Source: an uncultured Fimbriimonadaceae bacterium (GTDB lineage: Bacteria; Armatimonadota; UBA10988). From it: a stretch of 64,000 nucleotides of DNA. The position numbers were made by a program, and so were the translations under genes. Position 1 is the stretch's first letter; each line of letters begins with the position of its first letter. Of this stretch, positions 12,621 through 22,700 are shown piece by piece. Below the pieces are notes generated by a model. That model was not told where the DNA came from, did no database searches, and saw only the letters and a program-made list of their open reading frames with translations. The stretch is from assembly GCA_964531735.1 (NCBI GenBank), contig CAZHGD010000010.1, forward strand, positions 9,673 to 73,672. Reading direction: 5' to 3'.

Positions 12621-14450
12621 ATGACGACACTCTCACGGGACGACTATCGCCGCAGGGTGCATGGTTGCTGGGTAGGGAAGAACGTCGGCGGAACGCTCGG
12701 TGCCCCGCACGAGGGCAACATGTCCGTTCTGGACCTGACATACTACGATCCGGTGCCCACGGGCGCTATACCCAATGATGATCTGGAGCTCCAGTTGGTC
12801 TGGTTGGCGGCGCTGCGCGAGCACGGGCCGGCCACCGACGAGCGCACGCTGACCGACGCCTGGCGGCGCTGGCTGCGCTACCCCTGGGACGAGTACGGCA
12901 TGGCGTTGTGGAACGTCAACCGCGGCCTCGTGGCGCCGGTGTCGGGCCAGTTTGCCAACCACTTCGGTGACTGCATGGGGGCGCCGATCCGCTCGGAGAT
13001 CTGGGCCTGCATCGCGCCGGGCTGCCCCGACCTGGCGGCCGAGTACGCCTACTGCGACGGCTGCGTCGACCATAGCCGCGAAGGCATCTGGGGTGAGGTG
13101 TTCTTCGCCTCGCTGCAGAGCGCGGCGTTTGTGGAACCCGACCGCGACCGCCTGCTGGACATCGGCCTGGCGATGATCCCTGTCGATTCGCGGGTGGCCC
13201 AGGCGGTCAGGCTGACCCGCCGGCTCCACGCCGACGGGCTGGACTGGCGCGCCGCGCGCGAGGGCATCCTGGCCGAGTGCGGCCACCACAACTTCACCGA
13301 CGCGCCGCAGAACATCGCCTTCACGGTGCTCGGCTGGCTGTGGGGCGAGAACGCTTCCGACGCCATGTGCAAGGCGGTCAACTGCGGGTATGACACCGAC
13401 TGCACCGGCGCGACGCTCGGCGCCATCCTGGGCCTGCTGCACGGACCCGAAGTGTTCGAGCAGCGCTGGATTGACCCGGTCGGTGACGACGTCGTGTGCG
13501 GCTGGGGCGTGGTCGACTGCGAGACGCCGAAGACCATCGCGGAGCTGACCGAGTGGACGCTCGAGGTCGCCGACGCCGTGATCGCCTATCACCACGCGCC
13601 GATCAAGTTCGGCGCCAAGGCGGCGGCCGGGCAGCTCAAGGCCGAGCGGACGCCGTCGCTGTCGGCCCGCCTGGCGCACCACGACTGGACGCTGCGGTTC
13701 CCCGCGCGCATCGGCGAGGAAGCCGTGACGGCGTGGGTGGATCTGGCCGGCCCGCCGGCGCTGGCGCCCGACGAGGAGCGCGTCATCCGCGTGACGCTGG
13801 ACCCGCCGATCGGCAAGCTGTCGGTCGACCGCCTGGGGCCGGGCTGGACCGCGCGCGACCTGGGCGAGGGGCAGTTCGCCATCAAGGCGCCGGCCCGCAT
13901 CCAGGAAGCGGCCTGGCACACGATGTCGATGGTCCTGCGGCCCGGCCGCAGCGCCGTCTGCGATATCGGCTGGGTGCCGGCCAGCGGCTGGCAGGTCAGC
14001 GGGCCGCACGTGGTCGATTCGGCGGCCGACGAGCTCTACCGCCTGGTCGAAGCTGACGACTGGCGCGCGGTCTGGACGCCCGACCACCGGCTGAAGCTGG
14101 ATGACGGGGCGGACCACGACCGCGTCTATCGCATCCGCACGCACCTCAACGTGCCCGACGCGCGTGAGGCGCGCCTGGTGGCGGCGACCGGCGAACTCCA
14201 GCGCGTGATGCTCGACGGCGCAGAGGCCTTCATCAAGACCGAGCCGACCGCGTTCATTCCGGCCGCGCACCGGTCGGGTCCGGGCACGACCACGGTGGCG
14301 GCGCGCTGGTCGGCCGGCGACCACCTACTCGACATACTGCTCGCGGCGCGGGCCGGGCAGCCGGCCGAGGTCCATGTCTACCTGACGCGCTCGCGCGAAG
14401 ATGAGGCGCGGATGGTGCCCTGGGAGGATGTCGTCCTCCGCATGCCCTGA
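12621..14450 (+). CDS. ADP-ribosylglycohydrolase family protein with a ~270-aa C-terminal extension
   Basis: GCWVGKNVGGTLGAPHEG and NCGYDTDCTGATLGAILG are ARH/DraG family signatures. GGAGGAA SD 8 nt upstream of the ATG. Confidence 0.8.
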   Translation: MTTLSRDDYRRRVHGCWVGKNVGGTLGAPHEGNMSVLDLTYYDPVPTGAIPNDDLELQLVWLAALREHGPATDERTLTDAWRRWLRYPWDEYGMALWNVNRGLVAPVSGQFANHFGDCMGAPIRSEIWACIAPGCPDLAAEYAYCDGCVDHSREGIWGEVFFASLQSAAFVEPDRDRLLDIGLAMIPVDSRVAQAVRLTRRLHADGLDWRAAREGILAECGHHNFTDAPQNIAFTVLGWLWGENASDAMCKAVNCGYDTDCTGATLGAILGLLHGPEVFEQRWIDPVGDDVVCGWGVVDCETPKTIAELTEWTLEVADAVIAYHHAPIKFGAKAAAGQLKAERTPSLSARLAHHDWTLRFPARIGEEAVTAWVDLAGPPALAPDEERVIRVTLDPPIGKLSVDRLGPGWTARDLGEGQFAIKAPARIQEAAWHTMSMVLRPGRSAVCDIGWVPASGWQVSGPHVVDSAADELYRLVEADDWRAVWTPDHRLKLDDGADHDRVYRIRTHLNVPDAREARLVAATGELQRVMLDGAEAFIKTEPTAFIPAAHRSGPGTTTVAARWSAGDHLLDILLAARAGQPAEVHVYLTRSREDEARMVPWEDVVLRMP

Positions 14451-14464
14451 GGCGTTGACCGTAG

Positions 14465-14513
14465 AACCAGCCCCGGCCCACGACGCCTCGCGCGTCGTGG
14501 GCCGGGGCTGGTT
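14465..14513. terminator. bidirectional intrinsic terminator hairpin between convergent genes
   Basis: Perfect 21-bp stem (AACCAGCCCCGGCCCACGACG / CGTCGTGGGCCGGGGCTGGTT) with a 7-nt loop, lying between the ARH stop (14450) and the SBP stop (14528). No U-tract, which is common in high-GC genomes. Confidence 0.5.
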
Positions 14514-14527
14514 GGGAACTGAGGGCG

Positions 14528-15523
14528 CTACTTGGTGCCGCCGGGGTTGAGCAGCTTCTGCACCTCGGGCGACTCCAGATTGGCCTTGGTGACCACCACC
14601 ACGCCGGTGTCGACCCGCTTCTCGACCGGCTTGCCGGCCGCCGCCTGCAGCGCCTGGCGCACGCCTTCGTGACCCATCTTGTACGGGTCCTGAATCACCA
14701 GGGCCTGAATGACGCCTTGCTTGAGCAGCTCGATCTCATCGGGCGAGCCGTCGAAGCCGACTAGTTTGACCTTGCCGGCCTTGCCCATCTCCTTGAGCGC
14801 GTTGGCGGCACCGACCGCGCCGCCCTCGTTGGCCGCGAAGATGCCGGCCAGGTCAGGCTGGCTGGTCAGAATGTCCTGCGTCACGCTCTTGCCCTTGCCG
14901 ACGTCGCTCTCGGAGTAGCGAGTGGCGACCAGCTCGATGCCCTTGGCCTCCTTCAGCGCGGCCTTGAAGCCCTCCTCGCGCTGCTCGGAACTGGCCGCGC
15001 CCTTGACGAACGGGATCAGCGCCACTGGGCCGTGCCCGCCGATCAGTTCGACCAGCGTCTCGCCGGCCTTCTTTGCGCCGGCGACGTTGTCCGTGGCCAC
15101 CAGTGAGCGCACCTCGTCCCACTTGACGCCGCTGTCGATGGTGATCACCGGTACACCGGCCGCCTCGGCCTTCTTGATCGTCTCCACCAGCGCGTCGGCG
15201 TCGCACGCGGCCAGCACGATGGCACTCACCTTCTGCGTGATGAAGTCCTCCACGATGCTCTTCTGCCCGGCGATGTCGGTCTCGCTGCTGGGGCCCTTCC
15301 AGATGATCTGTGCGTTGCCCTCCTGGCCCATCGCGTCGGCGCCCATGCGGACCGTGGTCCAGAACTGCTGTGAGACGGCCTTGGGGATGACGGCGATGGT
15401 CAGCTTGCCGCCCTTGGCCGGCGGAGCTTCGGTTGGCGGCGCTGGCTTGGGCGCGGTGGCGGGCTGACAGGCCGCCAGCAGCAGCGGGACGAATGCAGCG
15501 AGGACCAGACGCGTGCGGAACAT
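14528..15523 (-). CDS. sugar ABC transporter substrate-binding lipoprotein (RbsB/PBP1-like)
   Basis: Lipobox LLLAAC; periplasmic-binding-protein type I sequence throughout; AGGAGATG SD. No permease or ATPase genes adjacent. Confidence 0.85.
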   Translation of the reverse strand: MFRTRLVLAAFVPLLLAACQPATAPKPAPPTEAPPAKGGKLTIAVIPKAVSQQFWTTVRMGADAMGQEGNAQIIWKGPSSETDIAGQKSIVEDFITQKVSAIVLAACDADALVETIKKAEAAGVPVITIDSGVKWDEVRSLVATDNVAGAKKAGETLVELIGGHGPVALIPFVKGAASSEQREEGFKAALKEAKGIELVATRYSESDVGKGKSVTQDILTSQPDLAGIFAANEGGAVGAANALKEMGKAGKVKLVGFDGSPDEIELLKQGVIQALVIQDPYKMGHEGVRQALQAAAGKPVEKRVDTGVVVVTKANLESPEVQKLLNPGGTK

Positions 15524-15604
15524 GCGGTCATCTCCTGGGCGCAGGCAGGTCGGTTCACCCGCGTGTTCGCCGCCCCAGGCGGGCCTCCTGCCGGTGGTCG
15601 GCGC

Positions 15605-16675
15605 TCAGCCGGCCTTCAGCGCCGAACCGGTCAGGACCACTACGAGGTCGCGTTCGGTCCGCGGGTCGAGGAGCCGCAGGGCGGCCACGGCCGCCGCGGA
15701 CGTGGGCTCGACATACCAGCCGGCGCGGTGCAGTCGGAGCGTGGCGGCGCGGAGGTCGTCCTCGTCGACGGTTACGACGCGCCCGCCGGTCCGGCGCAGC
15801 GCCGACAGGATGGCTTGGGCCCGTAGCGGCCGCGCGACCGCAATGCCCTCGGCCAACGTCGGACGGGCCGCTGCCGGCTCGGCGCGTGTCCACAGGGCGG
15901 CCAACGGCGCACAGGCGGCAGCCTGGACGGCCACCAGTCGGGGCACGTGCGGCACGACGCCGGCCTCGGCCAAGTGCCGGAAGCCAAACTCCAGGCCGAG
16001 CAGCAGCGAGCCGTTACCGACGGGCACCACCAGCGTCTCCGGTGGCCTCCAGCGGCGCTGTTCGGCGATCTCGTAGGCGAGCGTAGCGGTGCCCAACAGG
16101 TAGCTGGGATCCCAGACGTGGCTGGCGTAGAACCGCTCGCGAGCCAGGTCGAGCGCCGCTGCGGCACTCGCTTCGCGCGGTCCGGGCACGGGCACGACGC
16201 GGGCGCCGACCGCCTCGATCAGCGCCATCTTGCCCGGCGAAGCGGTGGCGGGGCAGACGATGGTGCAGGACAACCCGGCCCGGGCGCAGTACGTGGCCAG
16301 GGCGGCGCCGGCGTTGCCGGAGCTGTCTTCGACCACCTGGGTGACGCCGCTGGCGGCGAGGCGGCTGACCTGGACCGTGGCGCCGCGGTCCTTGAACGAC
16401 GCGGTCGGGTTCACGTAATCGAGCTTGAGTTGCAGCGCATGCCCGTCGATGGTGGCCGGCAAGAGCGGTGTCCAGCCTTCGCCGCAAGTGACCGGCGCCA
16501 CCGGTGGCAGGATGTGCCGGTAGCGCCACAGCGAGCCGTCGGTCGGGTCAATCGCCGACGGGTCGAACGGTGGCAGCGCACCGGGCGAGAGCAGCCCGCC
16601 ACAGGTGCAGCACCACCGTGGCTCAGGCCAGGCCGTGGCCGCGCCACAGCGCTCGCACACGAAGGTGATGTCCAT
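15605..16675 (-). CDS. threonine synthase-like fold-type II PLP enzyme with N-terminal zinc ribbon
   Basis: ORF 15605..17530 trimmed to ATG 16673-16675 (MDITFVCERCG...CCTCGG zinc ribbon). PTASFKDRG PLP-lysine motif. The upstream 285 aa are junk. Confidence 0.75.
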   Translation of the reverse strand: MDITFVCERCGAATAWPEPRWCCTCGGLLSPGALPPFDPSAIDPTDGSLWRYRHILPPVAPVTCGEGWTPLLPATIDGHALQLKLDYVNPTASFKDRGATVQVSRLAASGVTQVVEDSSGNAGAALATYCARAGLSCTIVCPATASPGKMALIEAVGARVVPVPGPREASAAAALDLARERFYASHVWDPSYLLGTATLAYEIAEQRRWRPPETLVVPVGNGSLLLGLEFGFRHLAEAGVVPHVPRLVAVQAAACAPLAALWTRAEPAAARPTLAEGIAVARPLRAQAILSALRRTGGRVVTVDEDDLRAATLRLHRAGWYVEPTSAAAVAALRLLDPRTERDLVVVLTGSALKAG

Positions 16676-16732
16676 GCGGAGGAGTATAGAGGCCCCGTGG
16701 GCCGCGCTCAACTCGGCCCGGCGGAGACGTCC

Positions 16733-17875
16733 ATGGGCCTGGAAGCTGACCTCGGTGTGCCGTACGCGAATGCCTGCGACGTGGCCATCGAGGACGGCCC
16801 GCCGGCGGTGGTGCGATTCACCGCCGACCCGCATGGCGGACCCGAGGCGATGTGGTTCTGCCTGGGCTTGCGCTGCGGGCCCGGCGAGGCCGGTCCGGTG
16901 AAGCTGGTCCTGACCAATCCGGACAATCTGCTGGGCGGCGGCGGGCCGGCGGCGGCGATGCGGCCGGTGTGGCGCGGGCCGCAGCACGACTGGGAGCGTC
17001 TGCCGGGCGGCACCGAGGTGGCCCTGCCCGACGGGCGTCGCGAGGTGCATTGGTGGCTCGAGCGGCTGACGGACTGGTGCGAGGTGGCTTGGTGCTACCC
17101 TTACGGTCCGCGCGAGGTGGGCGACCTGGTGACCTCGCTGGGCGGGCCGTGGCGGTGTGACACCATCGGCGTCAGCCAGGGCGGCCGACCGCTGCAGCGC
17201 GTGAGCAACGGCCCTGGTGAGCCGGGCGACAGCCGGCCGGGCATCTACTGCCTGGCGCGCCAGCACGCCGGCGAGACGCCGGGCTCGTGGGCGCTGGACG
17301 GCTTCCTGCGCCGCATCGCGGAGGCGGGCGAGGCGGCGCCGCTGATCTGGTGTGTGCCGTTGAGCAACGTCGACGGCGTGGTCCAGGGCGACTACGGCAA
17401 GGACAACTTCCCCTACGACCTGAACCGGGCTTGGGGTGTGGTGCCGATGCGGCACGAGACGCTGGTGATCGGGCGCGATGTACTGCGGTTCGCGCGCCGT
17501 TGCCGGCCCGTGCTGACTCTCGACTGGCACGCGCCCGGCGCGTGCGAGACGGCGGGCGTCTACACGTATCAGCCGTCACCGACCTTGGCGCCCGGAGCCG
17601 CTGCCTTGGCGCAGCCCTGGGTCGAGGCCTGCGATCACGCGCTGGATGAGCTGGCGCATCCGGTGTTCGGGCAGGTGGTCAACTATCCCTCACGCTGGGA
17701 GACGCCGACGTTCACCCGCTGGGCTGGCGATGAGCTGAAGGTGGCTTCGCTGTCCTTCGAGGTGCCGTACGGGCTGGTCGGCAGCCGCGTACTGACGCGC
17801 GAGACCTACTGCGAGGTCGGGGCGCGCCTCGCCGAAGGGGTGCTGACAGGGCTCCGCCAGGACGCCGCCGGCTGA
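16733..17875 (+). CDS. M14-family zinc carboxypeptidase-like protein
   Basis: ORF 15947..17875 trimmed to ATG 16733 (GGAG SD 7 nt upstream). HxxE zinc motif (ARQHAGETPGSW) and a distal His (DWHAPG). The upstream 262 aa are antisense to the ThrC-like gene. Confidence 0.7.
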   Translation: MGLEADLGVPYANACDVAIEDGPPAVVRFTADPHGGPEAMWFCLGLRCGPGEAGPVKLVLTNPDNLLGGGGPAAAMRPVWRGPQHDWERLPGGTEVALPDGRREVHWWLERLTDWCEVAWCYPYGPREVGDLVTSLGGPWRCDTIGVSQGGRPLQRVSNGPGEPGDSRPGIYCLARQHAGETPGSWALDGFLRRIAEAGEAAPLIWCVPLSNVDGVVQGDYGKDNFPYDLNRAWGVVPMRHETLVIGRDVLRFARRCRPVLTLDWHAPGACETAGVYTYQPSPTLAPGAAALAQPWVEACDHALDELAHPVFGQVVNYPSRWETPTFTRWAGDELKVASLSFEVPYGLVGSRVLTRETYCEVGARLAEGVLTGLRQDAAG

Positions 17876-17910
17876 GCACCAGGAGCGAACTACCGTGAAG
17901 GTGGGATGGA

Positions 17911-17982
17911 TGGGCGTGGGTGGTTTCGAACCACCGACCTCTTGAATGTGAGTCAAGCGCTCTCCCACTGAGCTACACGCCC
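17911..17982 (-). tRNA. tRNA-Val (anticodon CAC)
   Basis: Minus strand: GGGCGTG TA GCTC AGTGGGA GAGC G CTTGA CTCACAT TCAAG AGGTC GGTGG TTCGAAA CCACC CACGCCC A. Cloverleaf complete; CCA not encoded. Spurious ORF 17690..18127 is a translation of it. Confidence 0.9.
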
Positions 17983-17992
17983 GACGCCCGCC

Positions 17993-18021
17993 AGTATAGG
18001 CGAGAGGCGGTTTGGCGTCAA
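17993..18021 (-). promoter_or_regulatory. sigma70-like promoter for tRNA-Val
   Basis: Minus strand: TTGACG (18016-18021), 17-nt spacer, TATACT (17993-17998), about 10 nt before the tRNA 5' end. Confidence 0.45.
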
Positions 18022-18107
18022 GCGCGATCCGGTGGCCAGGCCGGTCGGCGCTCGCGCCAGACGGTCGCTGCGGGCCGCTGCCGAACGCAGTTGGGAGACG
18101 CCACCGA

Positions 18108-19724
18108 ATGGCCGAAGTGCTGTACAACGGGATTGTCCTGCCGGACGTGTGGCCGCCGCGCGAGGCCGTGTCGCCGGGCGACGCGCCGCTGGTGGTGCCT
18201 TACCTGGACCGGCCGCCCGCGGTCATTCCGCTGACCATTGGCCGACAGCTCTTCGTCGACGACTTCCTCGTCGAAGCGTCGAGCCTGCATCGCGTGTACG
18301 GCAAGCCCCGAGTCTGTTCGGCGAGCCCGGTCCTGGTGCCGGAGACGGCCGAAGAGCTGGACGACGGTCTGTGCCCCATGGCGGCGCCGTTCAACGACGG
18401 GCTCTGGTACGACCCGGCCGACCGACTCTACAAGCTGTGGTACCTGCCGGGCTGGTTCCACAGCACCGCGCTGGCCACCAGCGTCGATGGGCTGCACTGG
18501 ACACGGCCGGTGCTGGACGTGGTGCCGGGCACCAACCTGGTCTGGCCGCACCACGCCGGCTGCGCTCGCGACGGCTGTCTGGTCTGGCTCGATCACGACG
18601 GCGGCCCGGCCGCCCGCTACAAGATGTTCCAGTACTACCGGCACGATGGCGGGGCCGAGGCCGGCTGGCTGCAGACCTCACCCGATGGCATCCACTGGAG
18701 CGACCCGGCCATCACCGCTCCCGTCGGCGACAACACGTCGCTGTTCTACAACCCGTTCCGCCGGCGGTGGTGCCTGAGCATCCGCCGGAACGACCGGCAC
18801 AGCGGGCTACGGGCGCGGGCCTACCGTGAGACTGCCGAGTTCGGCGACCTGGCCCAATGGGACCCGGCTGTCGGCGAGGTGCCATGGCTGCGTTGCGACC
18901 GGTTCGACCTGCCGCACCCTGAGGTGCCGGACCATCCCGTGGCGCTCTACGACGTGAACGTAGCCCCTTACGAGAGCCTGCTGGTGGGACTGCTGGCCGT
19001 CTTCCGCGGGCCCGAGAACGACATTTGCGCGCGCGAGGGCGTGCCGAAGCACCTCGACCTGGAGGTGGCCTTCAGCCGCGATGGCTTCCACTTCAGCCGG
19101 CCGGACCGCACGCCGTTCCTGGCGGCGACGCGCGGGGTGGGCGACTGGAACCGCGCCTACCTCCACGCGGTGGGTGGCGTCTGCCTGGTGGTGGGCGACG
19201 AGCTGCGCTTCTATTTCACCGGCTTCTCGGGCCTCTCGCCGCGGCTGAGCGGTGGCGCCGCAGGCCCCGGCCGCGAGCGGCGCGCCATGTATGCCGGTGG
19301 CACGACCGGCCTGGCCACCTTGCGCCGCGACGGCTTCGCCGCCATGGCCGCCGGACACGCCGGGGGCGATCTGCTCACGCGGCCGGTGACCTTCGGCGGA
19401 CGCTACCTGTTCGCCAACGTCCAGGCCGACCGTGGCGAACTGCGCGCGGCGGTGCTGGACGCCGACGGCCAGCCGCTGGCCGGCTACGGCGAGGCGGACT
19501 GCGAGCCGGTGCGCGCGAACCGCACGGCGGCGCCGGTGCGGTGGCGTGGCGGACCGGAACTGCCGGCGCCCGACGGCCGGCCCGTGCGGCTGCGGTTCAG
19601 CCTGCGGAACGGCGAGTTGTACTCGTTCTGGGTGACCGACGACCCAGGCGGCGCGAGCCACGGCTACCTGGCCGCCGGCGGACCCGAAGCCACCGCGGGC
19701 CGGGATCTGCCGCGGCCGTCGTAG
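18108..19724 (+). CDS. hypothetical protein, beta-propeller/glycosidase-like
   Basis: ORF 18012..19724 trimmed to ATG 18108 (MAEVLYNGIV; GGGAGA SD). No signal peptide; W/Y-rich repeats. Function not established. Confidence 0.55.
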   Translation: MAEVLYNGIVLPDVWPPREAVSPGDAPLVVPYLDRPPAVIPLTIGRQLFVDDFLVEASSLHRVYGKPRVCSASPVLVPETAEELDDGLCPMAAPFNDGLWYDPADRLYKLWYLPGWFHSTALATSVDGLHWTRPVLDVVPGTNLVWPHHAGCARDGCLVWLDHDGGPAARYKMFQYYRHDGGAEAGWLQTSPDGIHWSDPAITAPVGDNTSLFYNPFRRRWCLSIRRNDRHSGLRARAYRETAEFGDLAQWDPAVGEVPWLRCDRFDLPHPEVPDHPVALYDVNVAPYESLLVGLLAVFRGPENDICAREGVPKHLDLEVAFSRDGFHFSRPDRTPFLAATRGVGDWNRAYLHAVGGVCLVVGDELRFYFTGFSGLSPRLSGGAAGPGRERRAMYAGGTTGLATLRRDGFAAMAAGHAGGDLLTRPVTFGGRYLFANVQADRGELRAAVLDADGQPLAGYGEADCEPVRANRTAAPVRWRGGPELPAPDGRPVRLRFSLRNGELYSFWVTDDPGGASHGYLAAGGPEATAGRDLPRPS

Positions 19725-19727
19725 CGC

Positions 19728-22700
19728 TCAGCGGGCCGGCCGGTCGAGCCCGGTGGCGGCGAAGGCCGTCTGGCCGAGGCGCACGGGCACTGTGCTCTGC
19801 ACCTGCCACTGGCCGTCGGCGCCGCGGCGGGCCCAGACGGTAGTCGGGATGCGCACCTGGTCGCCTGGCCCGAGGTCGATATAGCGCAGCACGTCGTTGG
19901 CGCGCAGCCCGTTGACCGAGTCGACCTGCAACGGCATCGGTTGGCCGAAGGCGACCTCGCGGAGCCGCGTCTCCGCGCCGCTGGAGCTGATGACCCGCTT
20001 GCCGGTGAAGAAGCCGGAGCTGTGTTGGTCGACGACGCTGCGCACGTAGTCGTGCGGTATGTCGGAGACCACCGTGTGGTCGTCGGTGATGGCCATGACG
20101 CGACCCTGGCCCAGGAGCAGCGACTGCGCGCCGAAGTGCAACCGGCAGCCCTGGCCGCGCGGCTCGACCGCGACGATATGGTAGCCGCTGGTGCGGTTCC
20201 ATTCGCGCCGACTGAAAATGGCGGCCTCGCCGAGCAGGTTCGCACCGGTCAGCGGCACGTCCAGGTCCACGGTGTTGCGGTCGGCGTCGACGCCGGTGAC
20301 GCGGCCGGAGTAGGCGCCGGTCTCCGGTGTGATGGTCACGTCGCCGGCCGTCAGCCCGGCGCAGCCGGCCAGCGCCACCGCGGCGAGTTGGCCGCCGCTG
20401 AACGACAGCCAGGCGGTGCCGCCGCGCCAACGGACCTCGCCCTGCGGCGTGGTCACCCGGCAGTCGGCCTCGCCGATAGCCGAGAGCAGCAGTTCGTCGG
20501 CGTCACCGCGGCGATAGCGCACGGCCGCGGGCACCGCCGCGGCGTCGCCGGTCACGGCCAGGCGTTGCGCCGCGGTCACGACCGGGCTGGCCACCGGGGT
20601 GGCGGTGCCGGCGCGTTGCAGCGACAGCCGCTGCAAGCCGGCCAGCGTCCGGTCCACGAGTTGGACACGCAGGCGGTGCGGGCCGGCCGTCAGGTGGTGC
20701 CGGCCCAGCTCGAACCGCGTCAACGGCTTGGCCTCGCCCGCTTGCAGGTTGAGCGGCTGGCCCAGACGCGTCCCGTCCAGACTGAGCTGGATCCGACCGT
20801 ACGACGGATAGAGCAGGCAGTCGAGCCGCACGTCGTAGTCGCCGGCCTCGGCCACTTCCAGGCCGAAGGTCGCCTGCTGCCCGGGCTGTCCCTTGAGCAG
20901 CAGGTAGCCTGGTCCGAAGCCGCTACCGAGGATGGTCTGGGCGTCGTTCTCCAGCACCCGCTCCGCCAACTCGGCGGGGCCGAACACCCCGGCCTCGGGC
21001 GGCCGGGCGTACGGGGCGGCCACCGCGGCGAAGGTGCTGCGCAGGCCGTCGGCGCCACGGCGGCGGACCAGGGCATAGCTGGCGTTCGGCTGGTTGCGGT
21101 AGAGACCGGGCGCCTTGGCCACAATGGCCTCGCTGTCGGCCTCGGGCAGGCAGTGGACCTGGAAGTGGGCGTCGTTGCCGCCACCCAGCGGCCAGTCGAC
21201 CACGAACGGTTGCCCGGCCGGCGCGCGTTGGGGCGCCCAGAAGAAGCCGTAGCCGTTGCCGGGCGGCGGGTTCCAGTAGGGCTTGTTCGGCTGCCCGATG
21301 ACATCACCGTCGTGGCCGAGCCGGCGGCCCCAGCTCTCGCCGCCGGCCGCCAACGAGCCGTCACCGGCGGTGCCGAGCGTGACGCCGGTCACGGTCGGCT
21401 GCTCGCCTTGGGCACCAATGACGTAGTCGTGCTGCCGGCCGCCGGCCACGCGGAACAGGTCGACCAGCACCTGATCGCGCCCTTCGCCGACCAGGGCGAC
21501 GGTGCGCCGGTACAGCGAGACGCCTTCGCGGCCGTACGACAGCGGCGAGTCGGCCTCGATGAGCTTCAGGCCCGGCAGCCGGGCAAACAGGTGCAGGCTG
21601 CCGCCGGAGCCCGGACCGCTCTGGGGATGCTCGTTGACGGTGACCATGGCGTGGCTGACGGTCTGTCGGGCCCAGCCCACTTGGGTGTGCGTCGAGCCGA
21701 GGCCGTAGCCGATGTCGTAGGTGCACTGCCAGCCTTTGGCGTAGTAGATGAGGCCGAGGTCGTCCAGATGCCCGTGGTTGAGTGACGGCCCCCAGCGCAG
21801 GAAGGCCACCTGCTGGTCGCCGCCGGCGCCGTCGCGCAGGAACGCCATGCCCTTCTGGCCGAGGAACCACGAGGCGAACACCTGCCGGTGCAGATCCGGC
21901 GGCAGCGCGGCCGGGCCGGCGGCGATCGGGTCGGAGTGGTACAAGTTCCACCGTCCGGCGCTGGTCTCGCGCAGTCGCTCGATGTGGCCCTTGCCGAGCC
22001 AGCGCAGGATGGCGGCGAACTCCTCCTTGGCGGCGCCGGTGGTGCCGGCGTAGACCTCCTCGGCCATGGCGTAGTCGCCACGGTCGAAGGGGTGCGATGG
22101 CGGCCGGATCTGGCCCGTGTTCGGTCCGGTATCGCCGTAGTTGGTCTCGTGGCCCGCGGAGCGGAAGACCAGCGAAGGCAAGCGGTAGTAGCTGCGGAAG
22201 CGCGCGTCGGCCAGCAACTCGACGCCGCGCGGGTACTGCTCATCGCGCCAGTTGAGCAGCGGGGCCACGAAGGTCAGGTAGAGCGACCGCGCGTGGAGCG
22301 AGTACATCAGCGACGTCTCGTAGTAGCGCCCATCGCGATCGCAGTTGTTGGCCACCATGGCCCAGAACGAGTACGGGCTGTCGATGGCGTTACGCACCAT
22401 GGCCGGGATGCCCAGCAATGCGCCGGCCGCCAGCGCGCCGCGCATGTAGTCGGCGTGGCCGTTGTGCAACATGCCGCTGAAGGTGTGCTCGTAGCAGTAG
22501 TAGCCGCCGTCGAGTACCAGGTTGAGGTCGATGTTCTGGCGCCGTGTCAGGCCCGGCCGCGTGACGCCGCGGCGGTCGGCGGTGCCCACGGCCGTCTGCT
22601 GCGCGCGCGGGCCGGCCGGCCAGGTCTGTTCCAGTGCTGGACGCGCCGACGGCTTGTCCAGCACCCCGCTGGCGTAGATCAGGTCGTAAGCTTCCACGTA

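Noticed and set aside
15605-17530. N-terminal 285 aa of the 641-aa ORF
   Set aside because: Arg/His-rich with no homology, and it overlaps the + strand M14 peptidase gene. The conserved ThrC-like protein starts at ATG 16675.
17690-18127. 145-aa minus-strand ORF
   Set aside because: It is a translation across tRNA-Val (VGGSKPP corresponds to the T-arm GGTGGTTCGAAACCACC).
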